Origin: Mobula hypostoma
Lineage: Eukaryota
DNA: 64,000 nucleotides
Direction: 5' to 3'
Assembly (NCBI RefSeq): GCF_963921235.1
Contig: NC_086107.1
Coordinates: forward strand, 101,124,001 to 101,188,000
The notes beneath the pieces are model-generated. The model saw only the letters and a program-made list of their open reading frames with translations. It did no database searches and had not been told where the DNA came from. Position numbers and translations under genes: made by a program. Shown in pieces: positions 39,641 to 52,934 of the stretch. Positions within the stretch are counted from its first letter, which is position 1; every line of letters begins with the position of its first letter.

Positions 39641-41820
39641 GCACACTCAAACTTCCCATAACTCAACTACAAATCTCGAATCCAGGAACTAAGAGTACAA
39701 ACATTAGGCTAGCCACTGGCCTTTCTTTGTTGTACCTTGTAAGGAAATATGCAGTTTTCCATTCTAAAGGAGTGTTTCCTGAATCAGGAGGAGTTTGGAA
39801 GCTCAAGGCATCGTAATACATGTGCTTGCCTTCCTTGAGCCTTTTGATGAAAGCTCTCTGGTCTTGGTTGTGCCAGTTCTTAATCGCATTATTTTCTTCA
39901 CTGTATTTTTCGCACAATGGATTTTGTTGGCTCTATGTATTTGATTTTATATTACCTGGATTGGCTGGCATGTCTGCTTCACTGTGAATGCCCAAACGAA
40001 GTAGAGGCCTGCTTGGGAATAAAATGAAAGCCTGACCGCAGCCTGTCCAAACCTGGCCATCATGGTAAGTATTGCAACTTCAACATGCTATTCAGATGCC
40101 AATGATATTGCGCAAGTCATCTTGACCTGTCTGAAGTACAAAGCTGTGCCAATGTGGCCCAGACCGAACCAGAGTGTGCAACTGAACTTACCTGAGCTCA
40201 GCACTTACAGTGAGGTAGTCATGGTGTAACATTGAGTAGCTAACCATGATCTTCACCAACTGCTTTTGTTTCCAACAGCACTTGCAAAGTGCTGCAAATT
40301 CCTGTTTTCTTTGTGCTTTTATAATATGTGGATATCACAAGCATGTTTCTTTTCAATGCCCTCTTTCTATAACTTGTAATATCTTTCTAGTCACCTTTTG
40401 TTCATTGCATCTCTAAGCTTGAGTGAGGCTTCCTTCGACAGCAGGACCTCTTGCTCCTTGGGGCTAGGAACTGGTTCAGTAGTTAATGTGAATCAGTTTG
40501 TATCCTCAAGGAGAAAGAGGGAGTATTAACTGGTCCACATTCCCTATTGATCGTCTTTGGTTCTACCAATTAACAGATTTTGCATGGTTTCCATGGAAGT
40601 CTGGCATTGCGTTGAAGTTAGTTTTGCGCAAATTGAGACACTGAGTGGCAATTTCATGCTCTTCTCTTTAGAACGTTAGTTGTGTTCAATCATGACTACT
40701 GTTCAATACACGACTGGGCTATTAGCCAAGTCTGCCTCATCAGTAAATCTTAAATGGCCCATGTCCTTTGATTTAAGGACATATAGTTGCAGAAAACTCA
40801 CACCAGAAAATGTACTGCCTTCTGATAATCAGCTAACCTGTCTGTCCTAACATAATCAAAGTAACTTTCTACATTTTACCATTATGACAGGCTTGTCCAA
40901 CCTTGTATTTAAACATTCTACAGGAATCCTTTGTGTAACTCCCTTTGTTTTGCCGATGAAATCTCCACTGCCTGTTTGACCCTTATACCATCTCTCTTCA
41001 CTGAGCTGATCAAAGTTCAAAGTAAATTTATTATCAAAGTACATATATGTTACCACATACAGCCCTGAAATTCCTGTTCTTGTGGGCATTCATAGTATAT
41101 AGAAAGAAACACAGTAGGATCACTGAAACTTGGTGAGAGAGTGAGATTGAGCACCAGTGTGGGGCAGTTGCCAAGGACCGGACCAGGTTGGTCCACACTC
41201 CAGAACTCCAGTTGAGACCGGAAAAATGTACTTATCCAGGAGGCTCTTAAAAGACCCAATGCCAACTAACTGGTACGTCTTTGGACTGTGGGAGGAAACC
41301 CTTGCTGTCACAGGGTGAACGTACAAACTCCTTACAGGCAGTGGTGGGAATTGAACCCACACCGCCTGCATCGTAAACCGTTGAGCTGTCCACTATCCTG
41401 CCATGCCGTCTTAGCTTAAACATTAGACCTCGATGTCCTGTTCTTTAATTTGGCTTGTAGCATTTATTATTTTCTGAACAGCACCTCTGTCTACCTTTTA
41501 TCATGATGTGGCTTCCACTTCCCCCAGTAATGTTCTCTGATGGTCATCATCGTGGTACAAACCGTTAATCATGTAGGTTCACATTCCTACTCTCAGCACA
41601 TTGCATCTCACTGCGTTATTGATTCCCTTGCCCCGCCTCATTAGATTCCCCTTCCTTTTCCCAACTCCAAGAGCCCCGGTTTACTATTCAGCTCCCTCCT
41701 GACAGTCTATACTGTACCTCGCAGGCAGAAAGGACATTTTGCATAATAGTAAAAAAAAAGGCACAGAAAATGTTTCGGAAACACTCAGCAGGTCAGGCAG
41801 CATCTGCGGAAAGAGAAGCA

Positions 41821-41859
41821 GAATTAACGTTTCGGGTTAATGACCCTTCATCAGAGTTC
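41821..41859 (-). ncRNA. Hammerhead motif of a related PLE subfamily
   Basis: Minus strand GAACU-CUGAUGA-AGGGUcauuaACCC-GAAA-CGUU-AAUUC: intact core, 4-bp stem II, one mismatch in stem I. Confidence 0.6.
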
Positions 41860-42049
41860 CAGTTCTAAGAAAGCCGCCGTGTAATTTATTTCTCCCTCCA
41901 CAGGTACTGCCTCACCTGCTGAGTTACTATGCACAATGTTCTTTCTGCCTGTGAGGGTTGCCAACATTTTCCATTTTCTACACTTCCAGCATCTGGACTT
42001 TATTTTCAATCATTAACTGCATTTTGTGAGTTGGATATGGTCAGTGATA

Positions 42050-42470
42050 TATCGATGCAGCTGTAAAGAAAGCAAGACAGCTGCTGTATTTCATTAAGAG
42101 TTTGCTGAGATTTGGTTTGTCAACTAAAACGCTTGAAAACTTCTACAAATGTACCGTGGAGACATTCTGACTGGCTGCATCGCCGTCTGCTATGGGGGCA
42201 TGGGGGGACTACTCCACAAATTGCAGAAACTTGTACAATTAGCCAGCTCCATCATGAATACCAGCCTCCATGGTATCCAAGACTTCTTCAAGGAGCGGTG
42301 CCTTAGGAAGGCGGCGTCCATTATTAAGGATCCCCACCACCCAGGATATGCCCCCTTCTCATTGTTGCCATCAGGAAGGAGGTACAGAAGCCTGAAGGTA
42401 CACGTTCAGTGACTTAGGAACAGCTTCCTTCCTCTGTCATCCGATTTAAATGGGCATTGAACGCATGAAC
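42050..42470 (+). mobile_element. Rex1/Babar-type LINE 3' fragment
   Basis: ILTGCIAVCYG...KAASIIKDPHHPG...LLPSGRRYRSL. Confidence 0.75.
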
Positions 42471-42523
42471 ACTTAATAGACAGATAAATACTTAATGTAG
42501 CTCAGCTTTTTGTGTTCTCCGTA

Positions 42524-43316
42524 CGAGTGGTGATTGGTAAGTTCGTGGCCTAATGTGGAAGAAATCAGTTTTAGAAAACCTAGCACATTTATTTTTCCTA
42601 CATTTACACACTTAGTCCAGCGGTTGTGGAGCATACGGATCCCTTCTTTGTAGAAGTCGGTCTCTTGGACCTCCAGAAGTGGTCCACAGCAGGAGTGATT
42701 GATAAGTTTGTGGCCTAAGGTAGAAAGAGGTGAGTTATTAATTTCAAACTTTCTGCATAATCACTCAGAGTTGAACTGCACGTGCACGTAACGAGAGCTG
42801 CATAACTCATCTCCTTCTACCTAAGGCCACAAATTTATCAATCACCCCTGCTGTGGACCACCTCCACAAAGAAGGGATCCGTATGCTCCACGACCGCTGG
42901 ACTAAGTGTGTACATGTAGGAGGGGACTATGTTGAAAAATAAATGTGCTAGGTTTTCTAAAACTCAGAGTCGGACTGTGGTCGGGCATGGCCGAGAGAGT
43001 TTTCTTCCTTCTCCCATCTGCGTGAGATGTGGGAGTTTCGAGAGACTTTGAACTTTTTTTACTGTGCTATGGCCTGTTCTTCATCAAGTTATGGTATTGT
43101 TGCACTGTTGTAACTATATGTTATAATTATGTGGTTTTTGTTAGTTTTTCAGTCTTGGTCTGTCCTGTGTTTCTGTGATATCACACCGGAGGAATATTGT
43201 ATCATTTCTTAATGCATGCATTACTAAATGACAATAAAAGAGGACTGTGTGTCCTCATAATCTAAAAAAAATTGACTCCTTCTACTTTAGGCCACAAACT
43301 TATAAATCACCCCTCC
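42524..43316. mobile_element. Palindromic mariner derivative with four TIR copies, interrupted by a retroposon at about 42963-43264
   Basis: TA-flanked TIRs (cgagtggtgattggtaagttcgtggcct / aggccacaaacttataaatcacccctcc); internal TIRs at about 42690-42720 and 42820-42850; mariner C-terminus KEGIRMLHDRWTKCVHVGGDYVEK* at 42868-42942 and its inverted copy near 42570-42650. Confidence 0.8.
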
Positions 43317-44138
43317 TATTTATTTATCATGTATTTGATTGTGCTGGTGTTTGTAAAGTTAATAAATTGCACGCCATAAGCCTGTGTTATTAAACCTGAC
43401 TCTGATTGGAGATTCTTGCTGTCTGTCTCACCGGGGTTCCCTTTTACACCAACCCTTTGCATGTCCTGCTCTGCGCCATGGGTTATTACTGAAATCTGGC
43501 CTAGAGAGTTCCTCCTCACCACGTTCTCTGTGTGTTGAGAGTGTCTGACCCACGATGCAGGAGAGATTGGAGGTGACTGCAACCAAGCATGGAGAACAGT
43601 CAGTGTCTGCAAATTTCCGAATCCTGCAAATTTCCGAATCCTGCAAATTTCCTAATCTTGCCAATTTCCTAATCCTGCCATCCGGGCTCACAATTACTCA
43701 GTGCCACAGCTGATCATTACCTCCACTCTCAATCTCTGCTGTAAATTGGGGCTTTTAAGTCAGCATTCCAAGCCACAAATCTGGAACCACAGGACCAGCC
43801 TTCAAATACTTATTGCATTGAGTGTACTACTACCAAAAAAAAAGCATCTCCTTCTACTCCCAAACCAGAGAGTGCTTCCCATTCTTAAAACCTGTGTAAA
43901 CATTCTGCATGATCATTGCCTGCACACTGCTCTCTGTAGACTATTGTGTTTCAGACCAGTCACTGCACACCACACCCTGTAGACTGGTGTATATCAGACA
44001 AGCATCTACAGACCTCTCTCTAGACTTCCCTGTGGACTTCTGTCTGTAGCTGCTCTTGTGTTGAAATGGTTTGTGCTGATTTATGTTTGAAATTTCTAAT
44101 GTCTGCTCTGTTTTTCTCTTCTGCTTACTGTTGTGTAG

Positions 44139-44177
44139 GAGGAACAGTTGGATGAAAACCCCACCTTCAAAAGCCAG
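44139..44177 (+). CDS. TRIOBP: Candidate 39-nt cassette microexon of TRIOBP ((K)RNSWMKTPPSKA(S))
   Basis: Polypyrimidine tract, CTAAT branch-like site at 44096-44100, no AG in 44050-44136, acceptor tgtgtAG, donor CAG|gttaga. Phase 2/2 matches the host intron and there is no stop. No homology evidence. Confidence 0.5.
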
Positions 44178-46001
44178 GTTAGAATGCGCAGTATTAAATT
44201 GTTATCGGTTCCCCCTCCCTCTCCTGTACATCACCCCTGCCTGCCCTTTGGGCTGGGTGCAAAGCACTGGGTGACTGGTGATCTCTGACGCCACCTCTCG
44301 AGTCTCCCTCCAAGCGCCCCCACTGTGATGAACCCCTAGTTCCTTCTCCCTCTGGCTTCTTGACCTTGTCGCCCGACGAGGAGTGAGCCTGTGATCGGTC
44401 AGTTGGTCTTGGAGGGTGTCCTACCCTGCTGTGGTCAGTAGCCATTCCAGTAGTCCGGTGGACAGAGGCAGACTCCACGTGGTCAGGGTTACAGCCAGGC
44501 TGCTGGTAAAGCTCTTGCACAGAGCTGCCCCACCCACTAATTCAGGTCATGGAGTCTCGGTGAGATAGTAGGCCACTCGACCCATCAGGCCCGCACTAAC
44601 TACTGAGCTCCTGTTACACCAACCGGCCTTATTCACGCTGCACGTCCCCCTAGATTCTATTAGCCACCTACATACTTGGGGCGGTTTTCACTGTCCGGTT
44701 AGCCTCCTAATCTGCACATCTTTGGGGTATGGGAGGAACCTGAATGAAGCCCACATGGTCACAGGAAGATCATGCAAACTCCGCACAGATAGCACTGGGA
44801 AGCTGGATTTGTGTGGCAGTAGCACTCCCTGCTCCCTTCCCCCCCCCCCCACCCCCAGTTATGGGCAATAGAGTCTGGTTGCTCTGGGCAACCTGAGACC
44901 ACTCTGCCCATTGACCTTTCACAGGGAGAGCATGCAAACTCCACACAGACAGCACCAGAGGTCAGGATCAAACCCAGGTTACCGATACTGCGAGGCAGCA
45001 GCTCCAACAGCCGCACCACCGGGCGATCAGGTGGCCAGAGTGTCGGAAGCTGAGCGTGCTTGCTGGCAAAAGTGGGCTCCATGTCAGGCAGACTTGCTCG
45101 CAGTTTTCCAGAGGCAACGGATTAACAGATTATCTAAAGTCGGATTAAGAAACTTGGTGGCTTGCTGCAACTCTTAAAGCAGAGTGTGTTGGTGGACGGG
45201 GGGGTGAATATACAAGCCCAGTAGGACAATGAGAGAGTGGATAGGCCTGTAAGAATATGAGAGGTGGGGAAGGGGGTAGGGCATATGCGAGTAGGGCAGT
45301 GGTGGGCAGGAGGGTCTATTAGAGGAGGGAATGGCCATCTGGATTCTGTGCCTCTGTCTCGAATGTGGGGAATGAGCCCACGATTGTTTGACTCAAGTCA
45401 GCGTGCTATCAACTGAGCTGTACGGCAGAGGTGAGCAATATTTGTGCTGAATGGCAATCCCACTAACGTATTTGTTTCTTATACTGTATGGTGGATGTTT
45501 AAAGTGCGTGATCCTTCCCTAGTCAGAAGGGAAGTACTAGGGAGGTCCCCTAGTCCCCTCGCCCCCTCTTGCAAACAATTAGTTACGTCCTTCTCTAAAG
45601 CAACACTCTCACTGAAGGCTTGCTGTACGCCCTCAGGTGCGACACAGAGTGTTTTCCATGAGGAGAAAGGGTAGGTGGCCAGCCTGTTCTTTGCACAGTT
45701 AATGAGCTCACAGCTGTGTATACAGTGGCCAGGGACGAGGAGTCAGAAGTTCCAACTCCTTCCCCAAAGCCTAAAAGGTAAAATGAGTTCAAGTGCCTGG
45801 CTTTGAGCAGGAACTCCAAGGCAGGAAATTGACAAATTCCTTAACAGGGAGGGAGTGAGAGGATGCAGACTTCCTCCTTGGGCAGGAAGGTGATGATGCA
45901 CTTCACCCTGTTATTGGAGACACTGGTCCTGCCGCTGCTCGCTCACTAATGCCCGACTGGACGGAGCTTCCTCAGTGGCGGAAGTAATCTGCTGGCAGCT
46001 T

Positions 46002-46120
46002 GACGTTCCTCAGGGTGACGACGCGGGAGGACACTGTGTGCCTTGTCCGCGAATCCCATAGCTGATGTTCCTCAGGGTGATGACGCGGGAGAACACTGTG
46101 TGCCTTGTCTGTGAATCCCG
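46002..46120. repeat. Two-copy tandem duplication of about 60 bp
   Basis: tga(c/t)gttcctcagggtga(c/t)gacgcggga...cactgtgtgccttgtc(c/t)g(c/t)gaatccc occurs twice. Confidence 0.85.
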
Positions 46121-46767
46121 CAGCTTCGTGTCTGTTACAGGGGCTGAGCTCCTCGTTGGTCATTGTCCGGAGACTGACGGAGCAGAGTGTGGTACCTGTG
46201 CGCCCTCTCAACACTCGGACTTGAAACCATCCCCTGCAGGGAGCTTCTCCCTGCCAGAATCTCTGTATGGAACTACCATTTAGGCACGGTAACAGATCTA
46301 TAGCCCACACCAATCTTAATCACAGCTACACTCCCCAGTTCATTCCCGGTGATCCCAGATTTGACCTCCTCCACACTCTGCCGTCTCTGCATTTTGACCC
46401 TGTGATGACGCCTAACCTGTATTGCTTGAGCGGATCCTCTTCACGTTTCCCAGTCTGTTCCAAATTTCTCCTTTTGCTTCCTCCAATTTAATCCTTAACC
46501 CCGATGGAGCTTCCTGCAGACGGCACCCTGCATTGAAGCAGAGAGCCGAGAGGTGAGATGCTCAGCCCCAGCGCCGTTCATCTCCAGATCTCATTGCAGC
46601 CTTGGTCCAAGCACGGACCAAGATCCCCAGAAGTGGGGTAAGAGGGGCAAATCTGAACTCAGTGGGCATCACGGTGAGAGCTGTCCAGTGCGAGGCAAGG
46701 CTTTGCCAGTGGGCACCTACATCCTGTGGAGCAAATAGTCATAGTCATAGTCATACTTTATTGATCC

Positions 46768-46892
46768 CTGATGAAGGGTCTCGGCCCGAAATGTCGACTG
46801 TCCCTCTTCCTAGAGATGCTGCCTGGCCTGCTGCGTTCACCAGCAACTCTGATGTGTGTTGCTTGAATTTCCAGCATCTGCAGAATTCCTCG
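46768..46892 (+). mobile_element. PLE terminal-repeat copy nested in a Rex1/Babar tail
   Basis: Begins at the CTGATGA core; TGATCCC duplicated at 46762-46768 and 46893-46899. Confidence 0.85.
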
Positions 46893-48429
46893 TGATCCCG
46901 GGGGAAAATGGTTTTCGTTACAGTTGCACCATAAATAATTAAATAATAATAAAACCATAAATAGTTAAATAGTAATATGTAAATTATGCCAGGAAATAAG
47001 TCCAGGACCAGCCTATTGGCTCAGGATGTCTGACCCTCCAAGGGAGGAGTTGTAAAGTTTGATGGCCACAGGCTGGAATGACTTCCTATGACACTCTGTG
47101 TTGCATCTCGGTGGAATGAGTCTCTGGTTGTGCCCAACCAGTCCATTATGTAGTGGATGGGAGTCATTGTCCAAGATGACATGCAACTTGGACAGCATCC
47201 TCTTTTCAGACGCCACCGTCAGAGAGTCCAGGAAATGGAATATGGATGAGCTCAGCCGGCTCCTGCAACCTTTGTGCTAAATCCTGTGTCTCTCGCTGGG
47301 TTTCAGCTCTGGCAACGTATCTCAATGTGTCAAATGTGTGGCTCTCTGATGAAAGTATCTTCCAGAGTCACACAGGCCATTGGGTCCATTCCAACCATTT
47401 ATGCTCATTCTACTCTAATCTCATTTATTCTCTCCACACTCCTCTGACCTACCCCCCCCCCCAGAGTTTCTACCCCTCACCCACGCACCTGGTGCAATTT
47501 ACAGCGGCCTACTGACCTACTAGTTCTTGAGATGTGGGAGGAAGCTGGAGCTCCCAGAGGAGATCCACATGGTCACAGGGAGAGTGTGCAAACTCCACAC
47601 AGACAGAGCCCGAGGTCAGGATGGAACCTGGCTCTCTTGAAGAGTGAGGCAGCGGCTCTTCCAGCTGCACCAATGTTTTTCTTTTTGATGTCTTCCCCCT
47701 CGTTCTAGATTCTCCCTTGCTAGGTAACCAGTGTTTCCATCCAAACTTAAAATTGTTCTAAACCAGGGGTCCACAGACCCCTTGCTTAGTGGTAATGATC
47801 CATGGCATAAAAAAGGTTGGGAACCCCTGTTCAAAAGAGTCTCGGTATTGTATTTTCTCACATAAGGAGCCTTTAGTAAAATCGGCACTGTGAGCTCTCT
47901 CTGACGCCCAGATGTGGTTCCCACATCATGAGGCCCATGAAACCCCATCTGAAGTTTCATTAAAGATTAATGTGGTTTCTCAAACTGCTAAGTAGCCATG
48001 TGCCCCAGGAGGCAGCTGCGAGTGGCCTGAATCTGCCCCTACCCTGAATCTTCTGAGTCTACTTCCAGTGCTGACTAATTATTTCGAGTAAATTTATTTA
48101 TTTACCAAAACGTTATCAGCTTTCCTACACTGACACTGAATTGCATATGCTATCATTTTCAAGCAATTATCTTATCAGCGTCTTGTACAGTTTCCTCTGC
48201 TTTTCTAAAGAATTAACAGTATCTCCCATTCTGTCAGTGACAGTCCCCAACACAGCTCCCTCCAGACCAAGGCCTTATCACTGATCAGCACATACAAAAG
48301 AGCTGGTATGGCAGTGGACCATGTGCAGCATCGCTCAATTTCAGCCACTCGAACTATCTGCCCATGACGTACTGTCCCAAATAGCCAGGGTTCCCTGACA
48401 TTCAATACTCATCCCTGATTATGCATATG

Positions 48430-48905
48430 AGAAATACAAACTGCTGAAGGAACTCAGAGGTTCAGGCAGCATCTGTGGAGGGAAATGGTCTGTTGACGTT
48501 TCAGGTTGAGACTTTGTACCTGGGCTGAAAGAGGAGAGATGGGCGGGACGAAGAGGTGAGGGGGAGGGGTGGGTGGCAAGAGCTGGCAAGCGATAGGTGG
48601 ATCCAGCTGATTGACAGGTGGAGTCAGGTTAGGGTGAGGGAAGGTGACAGAGGCCGGGAGGCAACAAGGGGCTGCAGATGATGGAACCTGACAGGAGTGG
48701 AGAGACCCAAAAAAGCCTTTAACAAAGTGCTGATGAGACGCTTTTGTGAACCGCTGCAGTGTTTTTGGGTGAAGAGGAGAGAAGGGTCTTGGCCCAAAGC
48801 ATTGACTTTTTATTCCTTTCCGTAGATGCTGCCTGACCTGCTGAATTCCTCTGGCATTGTGTGTGTGTGTGTGTGTGTATGTGTGTGTGTGGTATTACTC
48901 TGGAG
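48430..48905. mobile_element. Decayed PLE terminal repeats in inverted arrangement
   Basis: Minus copy 48430-48690 and plus copy 48780-48905 ending in a (TG)n tract. Confidence 0.65.
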
Positions 48906-49733
48906 TTTTTAGCATTGTTTCTGTGTTTAAGGGAAGTGAGTAAGGTTTGGACCCAGGGACAATGAAGGATCTGTTTGTCACTCAGCCTGGTGTGTGAGCT
49001 GGTGGTGGAGCTCTCTTGCCCCTGCTGCCCCTCTTCTTGGTCACTGTCGTCTCAGTGATCAGTATCACTGCAGAAGCCAGCCTTCAGTCAAGTGGATTCA
49101 CTCGCGGTGGTAACGAGGAGTGACTTGAGGCTCTGCAAAGGCTGGAGAGCATCCCAGCTGCAGTACCTGAACCCTGCACCAAGTGTACTTCTAGTCAAAG
49201 AACCAGAGCGTAAAAGGTCTAGGGTGAGAGGGAAGAGATTTACAAACGTTTATAATAGGAACCTTGGGGGCAATTTCTTCACCCAGAGGGTGAACGCAGC
49301 GAGCTGCTAGAGGAGGTGATTGAGGTATTTAAAAGGGTTTTTGAGCAGTATATGTTCATGGGTTCCCAAGGTTTTTTAGGCCATGGACACCTACCATTAA
49401 CCGAGGGTCCATGGAACCCAGGTTGAGATCCCCGGTTTTAGAGGGAGTTGGACAAAACACAGTCAAATGAGAGTTGCTTAGATGGGAATCTTGCATGGCA
49501 TGGGCCAGTTGGACCAATAGGCTGGCTTCTGTGCTGTGCGACACTGTGATTCTCACCCTCCCCTTTAATCACAACTGACCTTCCCGTGACACATCTTCCT
49601 CTGTGGTTCAAGGGCCAGGAGTCGCTGGGTTTGCAAAATGTCCAAGTTAGAAGTGCGTCACCAGCACGATTTGCTGTTGTCTGCAGATTGTTGGGCAGGA
49701 ACTGGCAGTAACGATCTCACGTTTTGTTTGTAG

Positions 49734-50286
49734 TTTAACAGACAGCAATAAGGAAAACACTTTCCGTGACGTGATCACCAGGAGGACCACAGGGAGACAG
49801 GAGGCGGCATCTGCAGAAAGGACGTGGGGGAGCCGCAGGGCAGATGGCCATGAGCAGCGTCTACCCGCGCACGACTGCGTGGAGCTGGAGCCCGTGCAGC
49901 AGCCGTGCGCACCAGAGCCCGCGGACTCGCGCGTGCAGGATCCCACACCGGCCAGTACACGCATCCCAGAGCCCGCGCTGCTGCGCGGACAGGACTCAGC
50001 CAGGGCGGACGAGCTGCAGCGCGACCAGGCGCAGCGGATCACCGAGCGGAGCAGGTGGTTCGAGTCCACGGCCCCCAGCGACGGCCCGAGGAAGGAGACG
50101 GACTGGAGCTTCGAGCCCATCCACATCCCCGAGGCCCTCAGCAAGGACATTGAGGTGAAGTGGCAGGAACTGGAGCGCATTCCTCTGCGGGACCACAAGC
50201 AGGTCCCCCTCGTCTGCGTGCGGCCTTCCCCCTCCAGGCAGAACGACAGCGGCACCTCGGCGACCACGGAGCGGCTGGAGAAGGAG
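49734..50286 (+). CDS. TRIOBP: TRIOBP large linker/coiled-coil exon (LTDSNKEN...ELQRDQAQRITERSRWFE...IEVKWQELERIPLR...ERLEKE)
   Basis: Acceptor gttttgtttgtAG, donor GAG|gtagga, 553 nt, phase 2/0. Same frame as ORF 49771..50466; CpG-rich; motif order as recalled for TRIOBP. Confidence 0.93.
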
Positions 50287-50829
50287 GTAGGAGAATTAGA
50301 CCCAATTTTCTGTGTGGCTGTTTGTCCTTGGCCCCAGTCTCCTCCACCTGATCAATGTCTGTTGGCTTCTTACTGTCACATGAACCAATATACAGTGAAA
50401 CTTTTTGTTTTACCTGGCATCCATACAGATCGTTCCAAACAACACAGGACCAGTAACAGAATGTAGACTATGTTGCTACAGTTACAGAAAGTTGCAATAC
50501 ACGTAGACAAATAAGATGCAAGCACTCAGCAAGGCAGTTGGAGGGATAAAGAGTTCATCCTTAACATACAAGGGCATTAGGAAGCTGCCCATGAACCTGG
50601 TGGAGTGTGTTTTCAAGCTTTTGTGTCTGCCTGATGGAGGGGGTGGGCGGCAGAGAAAAGAGAATGTCTGGGGTGGGATTACGCTGGCTTCTTTCCCAAG
50701 GCAGTGGGAAGTGTAGACGGATTCAATGATAATAGATAACATGTTCTATTAGGTAACTTGGTCAGCATGGACAAGTTGGGCGGAAGGGCCTGTTTCTGTA
50801 CTCTATGACTCTATGATGTTTCCTCAGTA

Positions 50830-51730
50830 TTAATCACCAAGCCTCAAAACCTGGGCCTCTGTTCTTCCGTCTGCAACTGGATCCTCAACTTCATTTTCAG
50901 GAGACCACAGTCAGTGTGGACGTTTAATAACACCTCCTCGCTGAGAATCTACACAGGCATACCTCAAAGATGTGTGCTTTAGCCCACTGCTCTACTCTCT
51001 CTACGTGTCTGGGCACAAATCAAACACAATCTGTAAAGCTGCCGATGACATCACTATTGTTGGCAGATGCTCAGACGGCGATGAGGCGGTGTGCAGGGCT
51101 GAGGTAGGTCGGCTGGTTAAGTGGTGACACAGTAACAACCTCGCAGTCAGTGTCAGCAAGACCAAGGAACAGATTGTGGGCTTCAGGGAGGGGAGGTTGG
51201 GAGAACACACACACCCATCCTCATTGAGGGGTTAATGGTGGAAAGGGCGAGCATCTTCAAGTTCCTGGGCATCAGCATCGTGGAGGATCTACCCTGGGCA
51301 CAACACATTGATGCAATCACAAAGAAGGCTCTACTTCATTGGGAGTTTGAGGAGATCTGGTGTGTCACCAAAGACTCTTGCAAATTTCTGTGGATGTACA
51401 GTGGAGAGCATTCTGACTGGTTGCATCAAGGCCTGCTTTGGAGCTGCCAATGCACAGGAACGCAAGAGGCTGCTGAGTGTTGTAGACTCCTCCAGCTCCA
51501 CCGCCACCACAGCATTCCCCACCATCAAGGACATCTTCAAGAGGTGGCAGTTCTAGAAGGTGGCATCCATCATAAAGGACCCTCACCATCCATGACATGC
51601 CCTCCTCTCAGTACCTCAGTCAGGGCCGAGGTACAAGACTTTGAAGACCCACACTCAATGCATTAGGAACAGCTTCTTCCCCATCACCATCAGATTTCTG
51701 AACATTCAATGAATCCATGAACACCACCCC
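50830..51730 (+). mobile_element. Rex1/Babar-type LINE fragment
   Basis: RT 3' motifs: FKFLGI, LYFIGSLRR, CTVESILTGCI. Confidence 0.75.
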
Positions 51731-51743
51731 ATTATTCCTTTTT

Positions 51744-52220
51744 AAAATTTTTTTTGGCTCAGCATAACGAACGTTTCAATTTCCAGATACACTTACATTT
51801 ACATTTCTTCCCCTCACAGATATCAGCTATCAGAACACTACCATCAAAATATAGACATCACCACAACATCCTATACAAAAACCTTTATCAGTTTAGCAGA
51901 TAAGTTTACATCTACATACTGCAGAAAAGGTTGCCATGTTTTATGAAAACTATTTGTTTCAGTGTGCACCATACATGTCAAAAAGTCCAAAGGAATGTGT
52001 TCCATGATTAATTTACGCCAATCAAAAAGTCCAGGGGCCTTATCGGATGTCTAACAAAGTAAAATGTTCTTCCTCACACAAAAAGTCAGAATGTTAAGAA
52101 GTTTTTTCTGACGTGCATTAATAATATGACTGCTGGGTAAGCCTAAGAGAAAAGACGCTGGGTCCAGTTCAAGCTCCATCTTCAGAATCTTTTCCATTTC
52201 ACCCAAAATATCACTCCAGT
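51744..52220 (-). mobile_element. 5'-truncated L1-clade LINE (ORF2 C-terminus plus poly-A)
   Basis: YWSDILGEMEKIL...LLNILTFCVRKNILL*...FHKTWQPFLQY on the minus strand; T tract at the left end; TSD ATTATTCCTTTTT at 51731-51743 and 52221-52233. Confidence 0.8.
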
Positions 52221-52934
52221 ATTATTCCTTTTTTTAAACAATTATTTTGTAATTTTATGACTTTGCACTGACCTTTTGCTGCAAAACAAATTTCACTCCC
52301 ATGTTATTCAGTAACAATAAACCTGATTCTGATTATTACGTTCTCCTTTCCGCCATCTTGTTTCATCAGAGACCTTCTTCCTGACTACATGGTAAATGTT
52401 TTCCAGTTCTGATGAAAGATCATTGCCCTACCCTAAAGAATTAGCACAGGTTCTCACTCCACAGATGCTGCTGAGTGTCTCCTGCATTTTCTGCTTGATC
52501 TTGGTGCATTTTTCAATTGCTGCCCTCCTTGAACCCAGGAGTCTGCTGGGGTCTGTAAAGCACAGCCTGTAGTGGGATTGGGGGCTGTGTATGTGCACAG
52601 GAGGAATGGGGCTTGCTTCACTGTTGTTGCTTGCCTCCAGCACACCCTTGGGTGTGTTGGTTGTTAACCTAAATGACATATTTCACACTCGATACACATG
52701 TGATAAATAAATCTAAATTTGCAGCCTTCCCTTAAATGCATCTCCATATTTCTCCCTTCACTCCCACATCTTCACTCTGGCTTTCGACAAACAACAAATT
52801 ACACTGACCAAGTTTTATTAATCTCAGATATTTTTTCCCTCTTTACCTTGGGACGTGGCATCTGGCTGCTTCCTCTCGCAGGCACACAGGTACCAATGTT
52901 GGAGCTATCTAGGAGAGCACAACTTAATCAGGTG

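Noticed and set aside
49647..50267. 206-aa antisense ORF
   Set aside because: Shadow of the GC-rich TRIOBP exon.
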